DNA of 64,000 bases from Takakia lepidozioides (lineage: Eukaryota; Plantae; Bryophyta): the NCBI GenBank assembly GCA_030704615.1, contig CM060731.1:83638001-83702000 (forward strand), given 5' to 3'. The position numbers and the translations under genes are program-made. The stretch's first letter is position 1. The number at the start of each line of letters is the position of its first letter. A model generated the notes under the pieces. The model saw only the letters and a list, made by a program, of their open reading frames with translations, had not been told where the DNA came from and made no database searches. Of this stretch, positions 25,030 to 38,900 are shown piece after piece.

Positions 25030-28000
25030 GGTTGTGTGTCGCGCCCTGACTTCCATGTGTCTATTTTTAAACTGGTTTCCGTCTTTTCTTCCGTCAGCCA
25101 CTTTCCTGAAGTTATTGTGCGCCCACCTGTCACTGATTCTATGGATCGTGTAATCCTAGTAGGCTGTGTTGAGCTGTGACAGGCTGTGTCATACTGTGGT
25201 ACGCTGTGATAGGCTGTGACACGCTGTGGTAGGTTGTGATAGGCTGTGTTGCGCCGTGATGGGTTGTGATAGGCTGTGTTTCGCCTTGATGGGCTGTGAT
25301 AGGCTGTGTCACATCATGATGGGCTGTGATAGGCTGTGTCACGTCGTGATGGGCTGTGATAGGCTGTGTTTCGCCTTGATGGGCTATGATAGGCTGTGTC
25401 ACGTTGTGATGGGCTGTGATAGGCTGTGTCACGTTTTTTTTGCCCGCCCTAGTCATATATGCTCGGCCTAGCGACAAGTGCTCCATACTCCGTTCGTAAC
25501 ACTGGTGCAGCCCGCAACTGCTCTTGCGTTTCAACATGCAAGTCATGCTGCAAGGGTTTGTCATGGATACCACTGTATCCCTTTAACTTATTGGCATTGA
25601 CTCTTCCCAGCATTTCTTTGTTAATGGTTTGTAACATGGCGGTGTTGTTATCATACATCTTTTGTATGACATAAGGTCCTTTCCATGGTGATTTAAGCTT
25701 AGAAGCTTTAATCTTTCCTTTCTTCTGCAACCATAGAACCAAATCCCCTGTCTTAAAAGTCTTTAACTTGCCTTCATCAAACTGTTCCTTTCTCTTCATC
25801 TGAATTCTGGTCATATTATCAGCTGCATCAGCACGTACTTCTTCCACATGATATAATTCATGTTTCCTGACCTTAATGGAATCTTGCAATTCCATTCTCT
25901 TTCCCCACTCCGTTCTCATGGTAGGTAACAGGAATTCCACTGGAAGTAAGGCTTCCATACCATAAACTAATTGGAATGGTGTATACTTAGTGGTGACTTT
26001 ATATGAAGTCCTGTATGACCACAAAGCTGTCAGCAGCTTTGTATCCCAATCCGTTCTGTTTGCATTGACTATCTTAGCCAAGATAGTACATAGTATTTTG
26101 TTGGTAGCCTCTGCCTGCCCATTACCCTGTGGGTAATATGTTGTACTTTTTCTATGCACAATCATGAACTCTTTAGTCAACAACTCAATGGTCTCATTCA
26201 TGAAGTGACTTCCCTGATCACTGATAAATTCTAAGGGGCAGCCAAATCGTGTAAGTATGTTCTCGTACAGGAACCTTGCTGTGGACTTGGCTATGTTGTC
26301 CCTCAAAGCTTTAGCTTCCACCCACTTCGTAGTATAATCAGTGGCTGTAATTATGTACCTGTTCCGTGTATTCTTGGCTGGTGGGTTAATTGGTCCAACA
26401 AAGTCTAGTCCCCATTTCTGAAATGGTTCCGTAGGCATTGTAGGATGCAAAGACATTTTCCCAGATCTCTGCAAAGGTCCCAGCCTTTGACATTCATCAC
26501 AACTCTGACAATACTTGTGTACATCTTTGAACAAAGTAGGCCACCAATAACCTGCATGTAGTATCTTCCTACTGGTAGTCTCTTCTCCAAAATGACCTCC
26601 AGCCACTCCTTTATGAACTTCCTCCAAAACTTTATTTACTTCATGGTGGTACAAGCATCGTTTTAGTACTCCATCAGGTCCTAGCTTATACATTCTGCTT
26701 CCTACCATAGTATAAGGTAAAGCTTTGATAGTGATTCTCTTCCTCTGCTCCTTACCATAACTAGGTGGGCACTGACCATGAGCAAGGTAGTATCTGATTG
26801 GCCACTGCCAATCTAACCAGTCATCTGTACTTCCTTGCACCTCCACTGCAAATAGACTCGCATCTGGTAATTAATCATCTATTCCTGTGGCTGGTTCTCC
26901 TGTTGATAACCGTGACAAGTGATCCGCCACAAGATGCAGTCTCCCAGGCTTGTAAACAACCTCGAACTCAAACTCGTGCAAGATTATCAACCATCTTGCT
27001 ATTCTTCCGCTTATCAGAGGTTTATTTACCAGGTATATCAGAGCCTGGTGATCCACATAGAACATAAACTTCTTGCCCAACAGGTAATGCCTAAATTTCT
27101 TCACTGCATAAATCATTGCCAATGCTTCTCTTTTCGTTGTGCTATAGTTCCTTTCAGCACTGTTCATCAACCTGCTAGCATAGTACACAGGTGAATCTAT
27201 ATTTCTTGTAATATTCTGGGCTAACACCGCTCCCAACGCTTCTCTTGATGCATCGCAGTGAACATGAAATACTACATGCCAGTGAGGGTTAATCAGCACA
27301 GGTGTAATTATTACTGACAGTGTAAGTTCCTCAAACGCCTGTTGACATTCAGCTGTCGAGGCAAACACTGCATCTTTCTTCATTAGCTTGCTCAATGGTG
27401 CTGCAATTTGTGCATACCTTTTGACAAATCTTCTGTAATAACTGGTTTGCCCAAGGAATCTCCTTAGACTCTTAACATTCACTGGTGGTGGAGAGGCTTT
27501 AATGGCCTCTGTCTTCCTGGGAACCACAAGAAGTCCCCTCTTACACACAATGTGTCCCAGAAGCACCCCTGAGTTCACACAGAAAGTACACTTCTCTGGA
27601 TTCAGGCCCAGACCTCTCATCCTGCATCTGGCCAGACATAACTCCAATTTATGCAAGTGCTCATTCTTAGAGCTGTACACACTGAAATCATCCAAGAACA
27701 CCTGCATGAAATCATCCAGATACTCATGAAAAGATTCACTTATTACTCTCTGAAAGGTTGCTGGTGCATTACAAAGTCCAAAGGGCATGACTTTGTATGC
27801 ATAAGCCCCCCAGTCTGTGATGAAAGCTGTCTTTCCTTGATCTTCTTCTGTCACTTGCACTTGATTATAACCACTGAACCCATCCATGAATGAGTACATC
27901 TCATGGCCTGCCACAGTGTCCAATAAGCTTCTTGTAGTTCACACATACTCTTAGTTTGCCATTCTTCTTGGGAACTATAACAATGGGTGACAACCAAGTT

Positions 28001-30374
28001 GTATACTCTATTGGGTATATAAACTTAGCCTCAGCCAACTTCTTGATCTCTTCTCCAACCTTCTGTGCGTAGTTGGGATTCATTCTGTACCTCGCCTGCT
28101 TGATTGGTACTGACCCTGGTTCCAGTTCAATCTTATGCTGACAGACTTCAGGTGGTATCCCTTTTAGATCCTCATAGCTCCAAGCAAATACATCTCTGTA
28201 TTTGATGAACAAGCTTTAGCTTCTTCGAAGAATTCGGCTCCAAATCAGCTCCTACTTTCACCATCCTCGGTTCCTCTTTAGTTCCCACATTCACTTCCCT
28301 CACCTGCTCATCAGCTGTGATTGTCCAACCAGTCACCACTTCATCCTGTAAACTCACAGTGGCTGGTTCTTCTAGGATTTCTATTTCTCCTTCTCTTTCT
28401 TCATAGAAATGTGATGGGTAAATGCTGGTTTCCTCTTCAGTTGGTGTTGCTGTCACTACACCACAGCAGATACCTCTCAAAACAACTTAGGCTTTCCAGC
28501 CGCATCTCTGCAACCTGCTCCCACTCTGGGTGTGCAGCAAATAGGGTAGCTTCCTGTTCCTCATCCAGTCCTCCTTTCTAGTCATACTCTCTGACTCCTC
28601 GAGGTCTTCTTGTAGCAGGTAATCTACTAGATTTCTTTGTGGTAATTTGTATCTCGTGTATCTCATTATGCACGGTTAGTAACTGAGAATTCCAGTCATG
28701 GAATACCCTGGCCTGTTTCAGCCATGGACGTCCCAATAATAAGGAGTAAGCCTCCATGACTTCATCCATCTTCAACACAGTTACTGTGATCATAAAGATC
28801 ATCTTCTGTATCTGTATCTTAACTCCTCTTATCAATCCCATGGCTGTACACTTCTTTGATCTGCCATTGTTACTGTAAATGGGGCTGGTTTCATGTTACT
28901 TAGACCAAGCTTCTTCCTTAATTGGTCTGTCATGATATTCACTCCAGAACCTCCATCTATCAGTACATCAGTTAGTTATGTGCTTCCAATTCTCAATTGG
29001 ATTACTGGCATAGAATCATCAAAGTCCATGACTGTTTCTCGCCCTTCCGGCTTCACATTATAACTGGTCACCTTGCTGTTCAGGTCTGTGTTTCCTGTCT
29101 CTTGGGCAATTCGATTGATTGCTTGATACAGCCTGTGCCTACAATAAGGTGCCACAGCTAATAGCTGTCCATGGTAATTTCTGCTTTGGTCTGGCATATT
29201 ACTTCAGCCAAAGTCTCTTCATTACTTTGCATGTCTGCATCTCTTTTCTTCTTTTCATCCTCACTCCCTTCTTCTTCTTCATCAGAATCAGAGGAATCTG
29301 CCACAGGAATATCAGTACTCTTCTGCATTTCCCTTATGGTATCTGCCACTTCTTTGTGCAGTTCCTTCTCATCTCTCCAAGTCTCTTCATCTTCAGGCAT
29401 ATCATTGCCACCTTCATTATCATCTTCTTCCTCTACTACTGGAGGTATTAGTTTGGCTTTACTTCTTGTTACTATCATTGTACTTACTTCTGGTACAACA
29501 CATGGCCTAACCATGTGAGCTGCTACCACTGGCCCTCATTCACAGGAGCTCTCATCTCATTCTGGTGTCTTATCCAGAATGCACAAGCTGCCCTGCGATG
29601 TCTTAGCTGATTACAATAGTAACATAGTTCTTCACCATTGGGTCCTCGCCCTGGTCTGTTCTTGGATTATTTCTATAATCCTGATTCCCGGGCTGGTAAT
29701 TCCCCCTTGGATTACCCTGATAATTGCCTCTGGAATTTCCTTGGTAATTTCCTCTTGAATTACCTCTCCCTTCCATGCCATTGTTATATCCACCAGACCT
29801 ACCATAGTGGTCCTGATCATTGTTTCTTCTTGGCTGGGGCTGCACCTGATGCACCCTTACTTGCCTAGGTTCTCTTGCAGCTGTCCTTCTGTTATAGTAA
29901 CAATTCTCAGTAGAATGGTTATCCATTTTACAGATAGTACAGTGTTTCTCCTTCATGTGGCATTCTGTGGTGGTATGGCCTTCATTCTGGCACTTTGCAC
30001 ACCATACCACCCTTCCTCCAATGTGTTGCAGCCTCTGTGGCATACTTCTTCAAGATTTCTTCCAATCTTTTTTCATAGTTATCCCTGTTCAACTTCTCTT
30101 TTCTCTTACTCTTCCTTTTTAGTTCTTGCTCTTCTTCTTCATCTGACTCATCCTCAGAGTGCTCTCATCACCATTTTCTCTCTCCTGAGCATTCCTAATT
30201 GCTCAATTCTGTTTGCAGTTTCAAATGCCTCCTCACTGTATTATGGGGGAAACATATCCACTTTCTTTTACAACTCTGGTCTTAGTCCCACTCACAAACC
30301 AAGTCTTCTGTAAACTGGTGCTGGTACACAGGCCAGTTTTTTATCATCAATTCCATCTTTTCCATATACTCCTC
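25030..30374 (-). mobile_element. Athila-like Ty3/gypsy copy A (gag C-terminus, PR, RT, RH, INT), frameshifted and 3'-truncated
   Basis: ORF pieces nearly identical to 35986-42524. Homology stops near 25030; the 5' part runs into the N gap. Confidence 0.92.
25165..25435. repeat. 30-bp minisatellite (GATGGGCTGTGATAGGCTGTG...) after integrase
   Basis: Tandem units translating as TQPITAHHDV/TQPITAHQGE; also at about 36095-36385. Confidence 0.9.
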
Positions 30375-30874
30375 NNNNNNNNNNNNNNNNNNNNNNNNNN
30401 NNNNNNNNNNNNNNNNNNNNNNNNNNNNNNNNNNNNNNNNNNNNNNNNNNNNNNNNNNNNNNNNNNNNNNNNNNNNNNNNNNNNNNNNNNNNNNNNNNNN
30501 NNNNNNNNNNNNNNNNNNNNNNNNNNNNNNNNNNNNNNNNNNNNNNNNNNNNNNNNNNNNNNNNNNNNNNNNNNNNNNNNNNNNNNNNNNNNNNNNNNNN
30601 NNNNNNNNNNNNNNNNNNNNNNNNNNNNNNNNNNNNNNNNNNNNNNNNNNNNNNNNNNNNNNNNNNNNNNNNNNNNNNNNNNNNNNNNNNNNNNNNNNNN
30701 NNNNNNNNNNNNNNNNNNNNNNNNNNNNNNNNNNNNNNNNNNNNNNNNNNNNNNNNNNNNNNNNNNNNNNNNNNNNNNNNNNNNNNNNNNNNNNNNNNNN
30801 NNNNNNNNNNNNNNNNNNNNNNNNNNNNNNNNNNNNNNNNNNNNNNNNNNNNNNNNNNNNNNNNNNNNNNNNNN
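30375..30874. other. Assembly gap (500 N)
   Basis: Run of N of round length, probably a placeholder. Confidence 0.99.
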
Positions 30875-31854
30875 TTTACTCACCATCCCTCGCTATCCGA
30901 GGCGGAAACTCCAAGATAGAAGAGTTGGAAATCTCTAAGTACTCAGCCCGCGCAGAACAATCAGTCATGACCTACAGCTAGTGTATCAGGGGGTGTTTCC
31001 TATTTGTTTCCCTTTCCGCATTCATCTTAGCTACCTTACCATGATAATTAAGTATCAGTTTGCTTCATCAATCTATCGATTTCTTCACTCATCCATTCAA
31101 TCCACAGCTTCACTCAGATCTCTCTACACAGTGTGATTGTATCGTAAAGTATCAGATTATGATTTATCAGGTATCAGGCGAAGCCATTGTGTCTCTAATC
31201 TGCTCTACAATATCATACAGCTTTGCATATAACAAGCATCTACTAATCCTCTTTCCTCCTCACCGTGCTCTCCATCTTTTGCTTCCGATCTCCGCTCCAG
31301 CCTGACTAAGAAGTCCTCCTCGAATTAATGATCCTCATCTCCCCCCCCGTTTCTCCCTTTATCTTCTATCCGCGGTTCTAACCGTTTCCTCACTAACCGT
31401 CGTCTGTGAACTAACATGTTCCCTTCGCAGGTGTTGTCCCCACAGTCGTTCCCTGTCCTACTCTTCGTTCCCTATGATCGTGACAGCTGTGTCAAGCTGT
31501 GACTGGCTGTGTGAAACTGTGACGGGCTGTGACTGGCTGTGCGACTTGCTGTGACGGCTGTGACGGGCTGTGTGTTGGCTGTGTGGGCTGTGACGACTGT
31601 GACGGCTTGTGTTGGCTGTGTGGGTGTGCTGTGACGACTGTGACGGGCTGTGTGGTGTGTCTGATGTGAGGCTGTGTTGGCTGTGGCGGCTTGTGCGACT
31701 GTGACGGGCTGTGTGGGCTGTGGACGACTGTGTAACCCCCTCTACAGTGCGCTGCTGTCACCCCTAAGGCTCCTGTTGGTCTCAGTCTGTGCAAAAATTA
31801 AGGGTACCCTACAGATCCCGTATAAGTGTCTAAGTCCCCTACAGTCCTCTAACA
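30875..31854 (-). repeat. LTR (3' LTR of copy B; possibly also the 5' LTR of copy A)
   Basis: Near-identical to 43145-44164. Starts TGTTAGAGG on the minus strand and is preceded by a polypurine tract GAGGGGGGAAGGGG at about 31871-31858. Confidence 0.93.
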
Positions 31855-31885
31855 TTACCCCTTCCCCCCTCAAAAAGCCGTGTCC

Positions 31886-34800
31886 TCACGGTTTACTGTT
31901 TCCGAGTAGCAAACCTTTGTGAGTGAGCACCTTGTTGACGTTGAGAGTTTCGTGGCGGACTGTGTGTACGAGCCCGAGGTCTGTCTCTGGTTGACGGAGA
32001 TGGTTGATCACTACCTGGATAAGTGAGGCCCTCTGGAGGCTGATATCGAGGTAACCTTTCCGGCATAGGAGACCCCCTCGTCGCTTCTTTTCTGCCATCT
32101 GAATTGCATAGTCTTCTCCCATGTCAAAAGAATTCTGTGAAGAAACAGTTGTATCAGAATCCTCATCGCCTCTCAGGTGTTTTAATTTTCGAACCTTTTG
32201 TGGAATCATCTGGGGCATACAATGCTGTCCTACCATGTCTGGAAGTTTGCATTTTACAACTGGTGTAACCGCTGAACAGCAAAATTGGTGTAGACACTGA
32301 GCTCCTTGTCTGTCCAGGTGAGGGGGGTACCAATTACTGGTGCAGCGTGCAAGTACTTCCATGCCACATGTCCCTTATAGAAAATGTCATCAAGTCCGAA
32401 TTTCTGTGTTGACAAATGTTGCAGGCTGCTTGAAACCATGAACGAATTTGAGAATCCTTTTGCATCATAACTTTTGGGTCATATAGGTACATATGAGGTG
32501 GCACCGAAGGTAATACCCAATGATCTCCACTGGAATAACTTTGAAAGCGTGTTTGCATCTTTTGTTGCTCAATGTGGTAACGTACCAGAAAACAAGCAGC
32601 GTAGTATAGCCCGCACCCCATGACAATACTTGCTATCTCCTTGGTCTTGGTATAAATGAGTCCATGTACAACCTGGAAAGCAACCAATTCCCTCAACATG
32701 GTACCTGCCTCGTGCCAGTATTGTGCAAAGTGATGATCTTCAATATGTCGATTGTTTGGAAGAACTTTAGTCCTAGTTGCCACTGGCAGCCAAATACGCA
32801 TGATTTGGTAGTAATGTGCGAATGACTGCGGAGGACTAAATTCTTTCCAAGCCAAATCCAACATGATGGGAATTTGGTTGAAGGGCATAATCATAGCCCT
32901 ACTGTACTCCCTTGCAGCTGGAGTTTTAGGTGGGTTAAAAGCGGCATTGCCCCATACCTCCGGCTGTGGTGGCTGTGGTGTGGTTGTAGTAACCACAGGT
33001 TCAGCTACTGGTACAGTGACCTGTTGTGGTGGTGGTGGTACTGGCTCTGTATCATTGGCATCTCCTGCACCTCCTGTGAAGACTGAAAAGCCAAAGTTCT
33101 GGCTTGTAAATAAGAAGCCATTAGCTGTTCCTGAGGGATATAGACTCTTTGGTCGATGTTTGAAGTGAGGTCTTCCACTTGAGTCTGGAGTCCGTCTACA
33201 TCCTCTTGTAACTCTGCTATCCTACTATAGACATTGTCTATAGTAGTTGTGGCAATGTTCTGCACCTGCAGCCTGAGCTCATTCATCTCGCTTTGGGTGA
33301 GCTTCCGTGGGGCTTTGCCCTCTACTGGCCCTTGTGCTAACCAGACCTGCATAAGGCTGTTATCCACCAAGCTGCTTGTGGTTCCCCTGAGAGTTTGCTC
33401 CTCTCTTAGCTTGTACAATTCCAACTGCTGTTGTAAAGCCTCCATGCGCTTCGCCTGTGGCTCAACCAATTGCGCATAAGCAGCAAGTAGATTATTGGCT
33501 TCCTTCCAAGCCTTGTTACTGACCGCGATTTCATTTCTATTGGCCATGATGGTTTGTTGCAACTCCACGATGTGTTTCTCTTGATCAGCTTCAATCTGCC
33601 TGTATTGCTTGAAAGTATCTTCATTGCGACAGATTGTATTCTTCATATCGACAATGAGCTTCATTTGCTCAACATTCTCTTCTTCTGCCTTCGTACATTT
33701 TTCCGCTTGACTGTTTATTTCTTTTGTTGATTGGTCAAGCATAGTTGTAAATGTAGCACATTGTATCGCCATCCTGTTATGCACTGTCTGCAACTCCGTA
33801 TGTAGTGCATTCAGTTCTTGCAACTTGCTTTCATGCTGCACCTGCATTTGGTATAGCTGTTGCTTATGTGCTTCGTGCAACTGGTCTTGCGCGAGGCCTG
33901 CCTCAATCAATTGTTGCTTGGCCAATTGCAAAGCCATTTCTGTATTGCCCAAGTCCTGCTTCATCTTGAGAGTGACCTCTTCATCGACCTTGTTTGCACA
34001 CTCAGTGGCAAGTCGAGCCTCAAACTCCTTCCTGAGTTCCTCTTTCAAGGCTGTCAATTGGGTAATTGGAACATGGGATTTGACATAAGTCCCCAACAAA
34101 TTAAGTGTCCTGCCTATGGAACTCATCAGCATTGCCTGTTGAGGGTCATCATGGTGAGGTTGCTGCTGTTCCTCCTGATCTTCAACAGTATGATGTCTCA
34201 CTAACCATTCAGGCCATTGTCCCACCGGATTTTCTTCCTGAACTACTTCATCTATCACCGGTGCTACAGTGTCATGACCTTCCGCCTGTGGTACCTCCGA
34301 CACAGGTGTGTGTATTATATGCACCTCAGGATTTCCTTGGGCAACTGTTGCACCTCTGGGATTTCTGTCTCCTTGACCAGACCAGAATATTCATAGAGAA
34401 GGTCCCCTTTCTCTATTTCTGCCACTATCTGTTCTGTAGTTGGAATATCTATCCCTTCACTTTCCAAATCAATTATTTCGGGTTGAGCTGCATGGATAAC
34501 TTGTGACCTTGTGACAAGTCGTTCAGTGGCTGTGATGGTTGTGATGCAGAAGTAACTTCCTCCTCCCTCTCTGAAGGTCCTGCTTCCAGTAATAGCATTT
34601 GTCTGTGCTGCTGTGCCCCTTCCTGGCCATGAGCTTGGGAAACATTATCATGCGGAATCCGTGAAGCCAGTGGATCCGCCACTACAGTCTTTCCCCTTCT
34701 CTGCCTCTTAGTCTCGGGTGCTGCTAGTCCACCCTCACTGTGTGAAGAGCCTTGCTCTTCCATTGCAGTTGTTTCTGGCTCAAACACTCCATTTCCTTCC

Positions 34801-35677
34801 TTTCTTGTGCATTAAGTATGCCAGAATTAAGGATTATTTGAGCAATGATTGGGCCAGACACTATGATAGGAGACTTTGCGGTAGTACCTTGTAATCTTTT
34901 CATCTCCTCTACCAGTGCGTTGTACATTATGTCCGCCCATTGTACCTCTTGTCCCTTCAGGCCTTTGAGTATTTCCTCTGTGAAGGATCTGCTCAAATAT
35001 TGTTGGTTCTGTTTCAGGGCAATCAGAACGTTCAATACCTGGCCTATCTCTTTTAACCCTGGGTACACAGCTTTGGTACAAGCATAACCCTGAGTTTTAA
35101 AGAAACTCCCTTCTTGGAATAAGTCCCCTATTTGCAGTCTTGCCCTGTGTTCCTCCACATGCACCTGACCTGCTGGCAATCGAAACAATTGCTGGAGGTA
35201 TAGGGGAGTAATCATTAATTCAACTCCCTTCACCGTTGTTGTTCCTGTCCTTGGCTCAAAGTTCTGCAAAAATTGTAACATGTACTGTCTATGGTGTAGT
35301 GTCCAATCTAGGCTTTGCAATCCTTCCAATCTCAGCTCCTCCAGTATCTTTATCGCCTGTGGGGTAGCCATCGTTTGTTTCTGCAGAATTGTGGTGCTCT
35401 TCACCCTGATTTCCTCCATTCCTCTCACTCTCTTCATTTTAGACTCACAGAACTGCTTTGGCTGTAACAACTGCAGGAATGCCTGTAGTGCACAAAGCAT
35501 AAACGTATGGTTGCCGCAGAAAGCTATGGGTAATTTCTTGTAAGCCTGCGGGGCTTGCAAGCATTGCTCAAGAGAAAAGCTCTGCTCTGTCCTTTCGTGT
35601 CTATGCCACTGCGTAAGTAATATTGCGAGCGTATAGTCTGTTAGTTCCTCCATAGTTTCCAGCTTATTAGACGCCAT
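31886..35677 (-). pseudogene. Extra 3' ORF(s) of the Athila-like element: Athila ORF1/transposase_32-like N-terminal domain, long coiled coil and unknown C-terminal domain
   Basis: Consecutive same-strand ORFs 35677-34724, 34787-34473, 34324-33005, 32996-32334, 32362-31886 between pol and the PPT. Pattern QFLQNF..TVKGVELMITP..LFRLP..VQWADIMY..L; Q/E/K-rich heptads. Confidence 0.7.
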
Positions 35678-35985
35678 TATGCCGCCTCTTGCGCTCCATT
35701 TTCTTGATCCTTCTCTGGTTTTCTATTGGCTGTATCCGCTGTGACTGGATTTTAAATTTTATTCTTTAGTGGACTTTCCCTGTTGGATAGTCCACTAGGA
35801 TCACACATGTGACAAGAATTCGGCTTTTCTGTACTTGCCGTTCGTTCCGTTTCCCTTTTCCGTATTCATTAATGGGCCTGCCTTTCATCCCTTTGACGGC
35901 CGTTCTTGTCTTCTTTCTTTTTGACACCTGTCCTTGCACTTCATTCTCTGCTGTGTGTCGCGCCCTGACCTCCACGTGTCTATTT

Positions 35986-38900
35986 TTAAGTAATTTCCGT
36001 TTCCTCTTCCGTCAGCCATTTTCCTGAAGTTATTATGTGTCCACTTGTCACTGATTCTATGGATGGTGTAACTTTAGTAGGCTGGTTGAGTGTTGAGCTG
36101 TGACAGGCTGTGTCATACTGTGTTACGCTGTGATGAGGCTGTGATGCACTGTGGTAAGCTGTGATAGCTGTGTGACACGTGTGGTAGGTTGTGATAGGCG
36201 TGTGCGCGTGCTGGGCTGTGATAGGCTGTGTTGCGCCTTGCTGGGCTGTGATAGGTTGTGTCACGTCGTGATGGGCTGTGATAGGCTGTGTTGCGCCTTG
36301 CTGGGCTGTGATAGGCTGTGTCACGTCGTGATGGGCTGTGATAGGCTGTGTTGCGCTTGATGGGCTGTGATAGGCTGTGTCACGTTTGTTTTGCCCACCC
36401 TGGTCATATATGCTGGGCCTAGCGACAAGTGTTCCATACTCCGTTCGTAACACTGGTGCAGCCCGTGACTGCTCTTGCGGTTCAACATGCAAATCATGCT
36501 GCAGGGGTTTGTCATGGATACCACTGTACCCCTTCAACTTATTTGCATTGACTCTTCCCAGCATTTCTTTGTTAATGGTTTGTAACATGGCGGTGTTGTT
36601 ATCATACATCTTTTGTATGACATAAGGTCCTTTCCACGGTGATTTAAGCTTAGAAGCTTGAATCTTTCCTTTCTTCTGCAACCATAGAACCAAATCCCCC
36701 GTCTTAAAAGTCTTTAACTTGCCTTCATCAAACTGTTCCTTTCGCTTCATCTGAATTCTGGTCATATTATCAGCTGCATCAGCACGTACTTCTTCCACAT
36801 GGTATAATTCATGTTTCCTGACCTTGATGGAGTCTTGCAATTCCATTCTTTTTCCCCACTCCGTTCTCATGGTAGGTAACAGGAATTCCACTGGAAGTAA
36901 GGCTTCCATACCATAAACTAATTGGAATGGTGTATACTTAGTGGTGACTTTATATGAAGTCCTGTATGACCACAAAGCTGTCAGCAGCTTTGTATCCCAA
37001 TCCGTTCTGTTTGCATTGACTATCTTAGCCAAGATAGTACATAGTATTTTGTTGGTAGCCTCTGCCTGCCCATTACCCTGTGGGTAATATGTTGTACTCT
37101 TTCTATGCACAATCATAAACTCTTTAGTCAACAACTCAATGGTCTCATTCATGAAGTGACTTCCTTGATCACTGATAAATTCTAAGGGACAGCCAAATCG
37201 TGTAAGTATGTTCTCGTACAGGAACCTTGCTGTGGACTTGGCTGTGTTGTCCCTCAAAGCTTTAGCTTCCACCCACTTTGTAGTATAATCAGTGGCTGTA
37301 ATTATGTACCTGTTTCGTGTATTCTTGGATGGTGGGTTAATTGGTCCAACAAAGTCTAGTCCCCATTTCTGAAATGGTTCCGTAGGCATTGTAGGATGCA
37401 AGGCCATCCTTCCAGATCTCTGCAAAGGTCCTAGCCTCTGACATTCATCACACTTCTGACAATACTCGTGTACATCTTTGAACAAAGTAGGCCACCAGTA
37501 TCCTGCGAGTAGTATCTTTCTACTGGTAGTCTCTTCTCCAAAATGACCTCCAGCCACTCCTTTATGAACTTCCGCCAAAACTTTATTTACTTCATGGTGG
37601 TACAAGCATCGTTTTAGTACTCCATCAGGTCCTAACTTATACATTCTGCTTCCTACCATAGTATAAGGTAAAGCTTTGATAGCAATTCTCTTCCTCTGCT
37701 CCTTACCATAACTAGGTGGGCACTGACCATGAGCAAGGTAGTATCTGATTGGCCACTGCCAATCTAACCATTCATCTGCACTTCCTTGCACCTCCATTAC
37801 AAATAAACTCGCATCAGGTAACTGATCGTCCACTCCTGTGGCGGCCTCTCCTGTTGTTAGTCGTGACAAATGATCTGCCACAAGATGCAAACGGCCAGGC
37901 TTGTAAATAACCTCGAACTCAAACTCATGCAAGATTATTAACCACCTCGCTATCCTTCCACTTATCAAAGGTTTGTTCACCAGATATATCAGAGCCTGGT
38001 GATCCACATAAAACATAAACTTTCTTCCCAATAGGTAATGCCTGAATTTCTTGACTGCATAAATCATTGCCAATGCTTCTCTTTCCGTTGTGCTATAGTT
38101 CCTCTCAGCACTGTTCATCAACCGGCTAGCATAGTACACAGGTGAATCTATATTCCCTGTAACATTCTGGGCTAACACCGCTCCCAACGCTTCTCCTGAT
38201 GCATCGCAGTGAACATGAAATACTACATGCCAGTGAGGGTTAATCAGCACAGGTGTAGTTGTTACTGACAGTGTAAGTTCCTCAAACGCCTGTTGACATT
38301 CAGCTGTCCAGGCAAACACTGCATCTTTCTTCAGAAGCTTGCTCAATGGTGCTGCTATTTGTGCATACCTTTTGACAAATCTTCTGTAATAACTGGTTTG
38401 CCCAAGGAATCTCCTTAGACTTTTAACATTCACTGGTGGTGGAGAGGCTTTAATGGACTCTGTCTTTCTGGGATCCACAAGGAGTCCCTTCTTACACACA
38501 ATGTGTCCCAGAAGCACCCCTGAGTTCACACAGAAAGTACACTTCTCTGGATTCAGGCCCAGACCTCTCATCCTGCATCTGGCCAAACATAACTCCAATT
38601 TATGCAAGTGCTCACTCTTAGAGCTGTACACACTGAAATCATCCAAGAATACCTGCATGAAATCATCCAGATACTCATGAAAAGATTCACTTATCACTCT
38701 CTGAAAGGTCGCTGGTGCATTACAAAGTCCAAAGGGCATGACTTTGTATGCATAAGCCCCCCAGTCTGTGATGAAAGCTGTTTTCCCTTGGTCTTCTTCT
38801 GCCACTTGCACTTGATTATAACCACTGAAGCCATCCATGAATGAGTACATCTCATGGCCTGCCACAGTGTCTAATACTGCTTCTGTGAATGGCAAAGGGA

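Noticed and set aside
30213-30938. Long ORFs in the ORF track
   Set aside because: Artefacts of translating the N gap.
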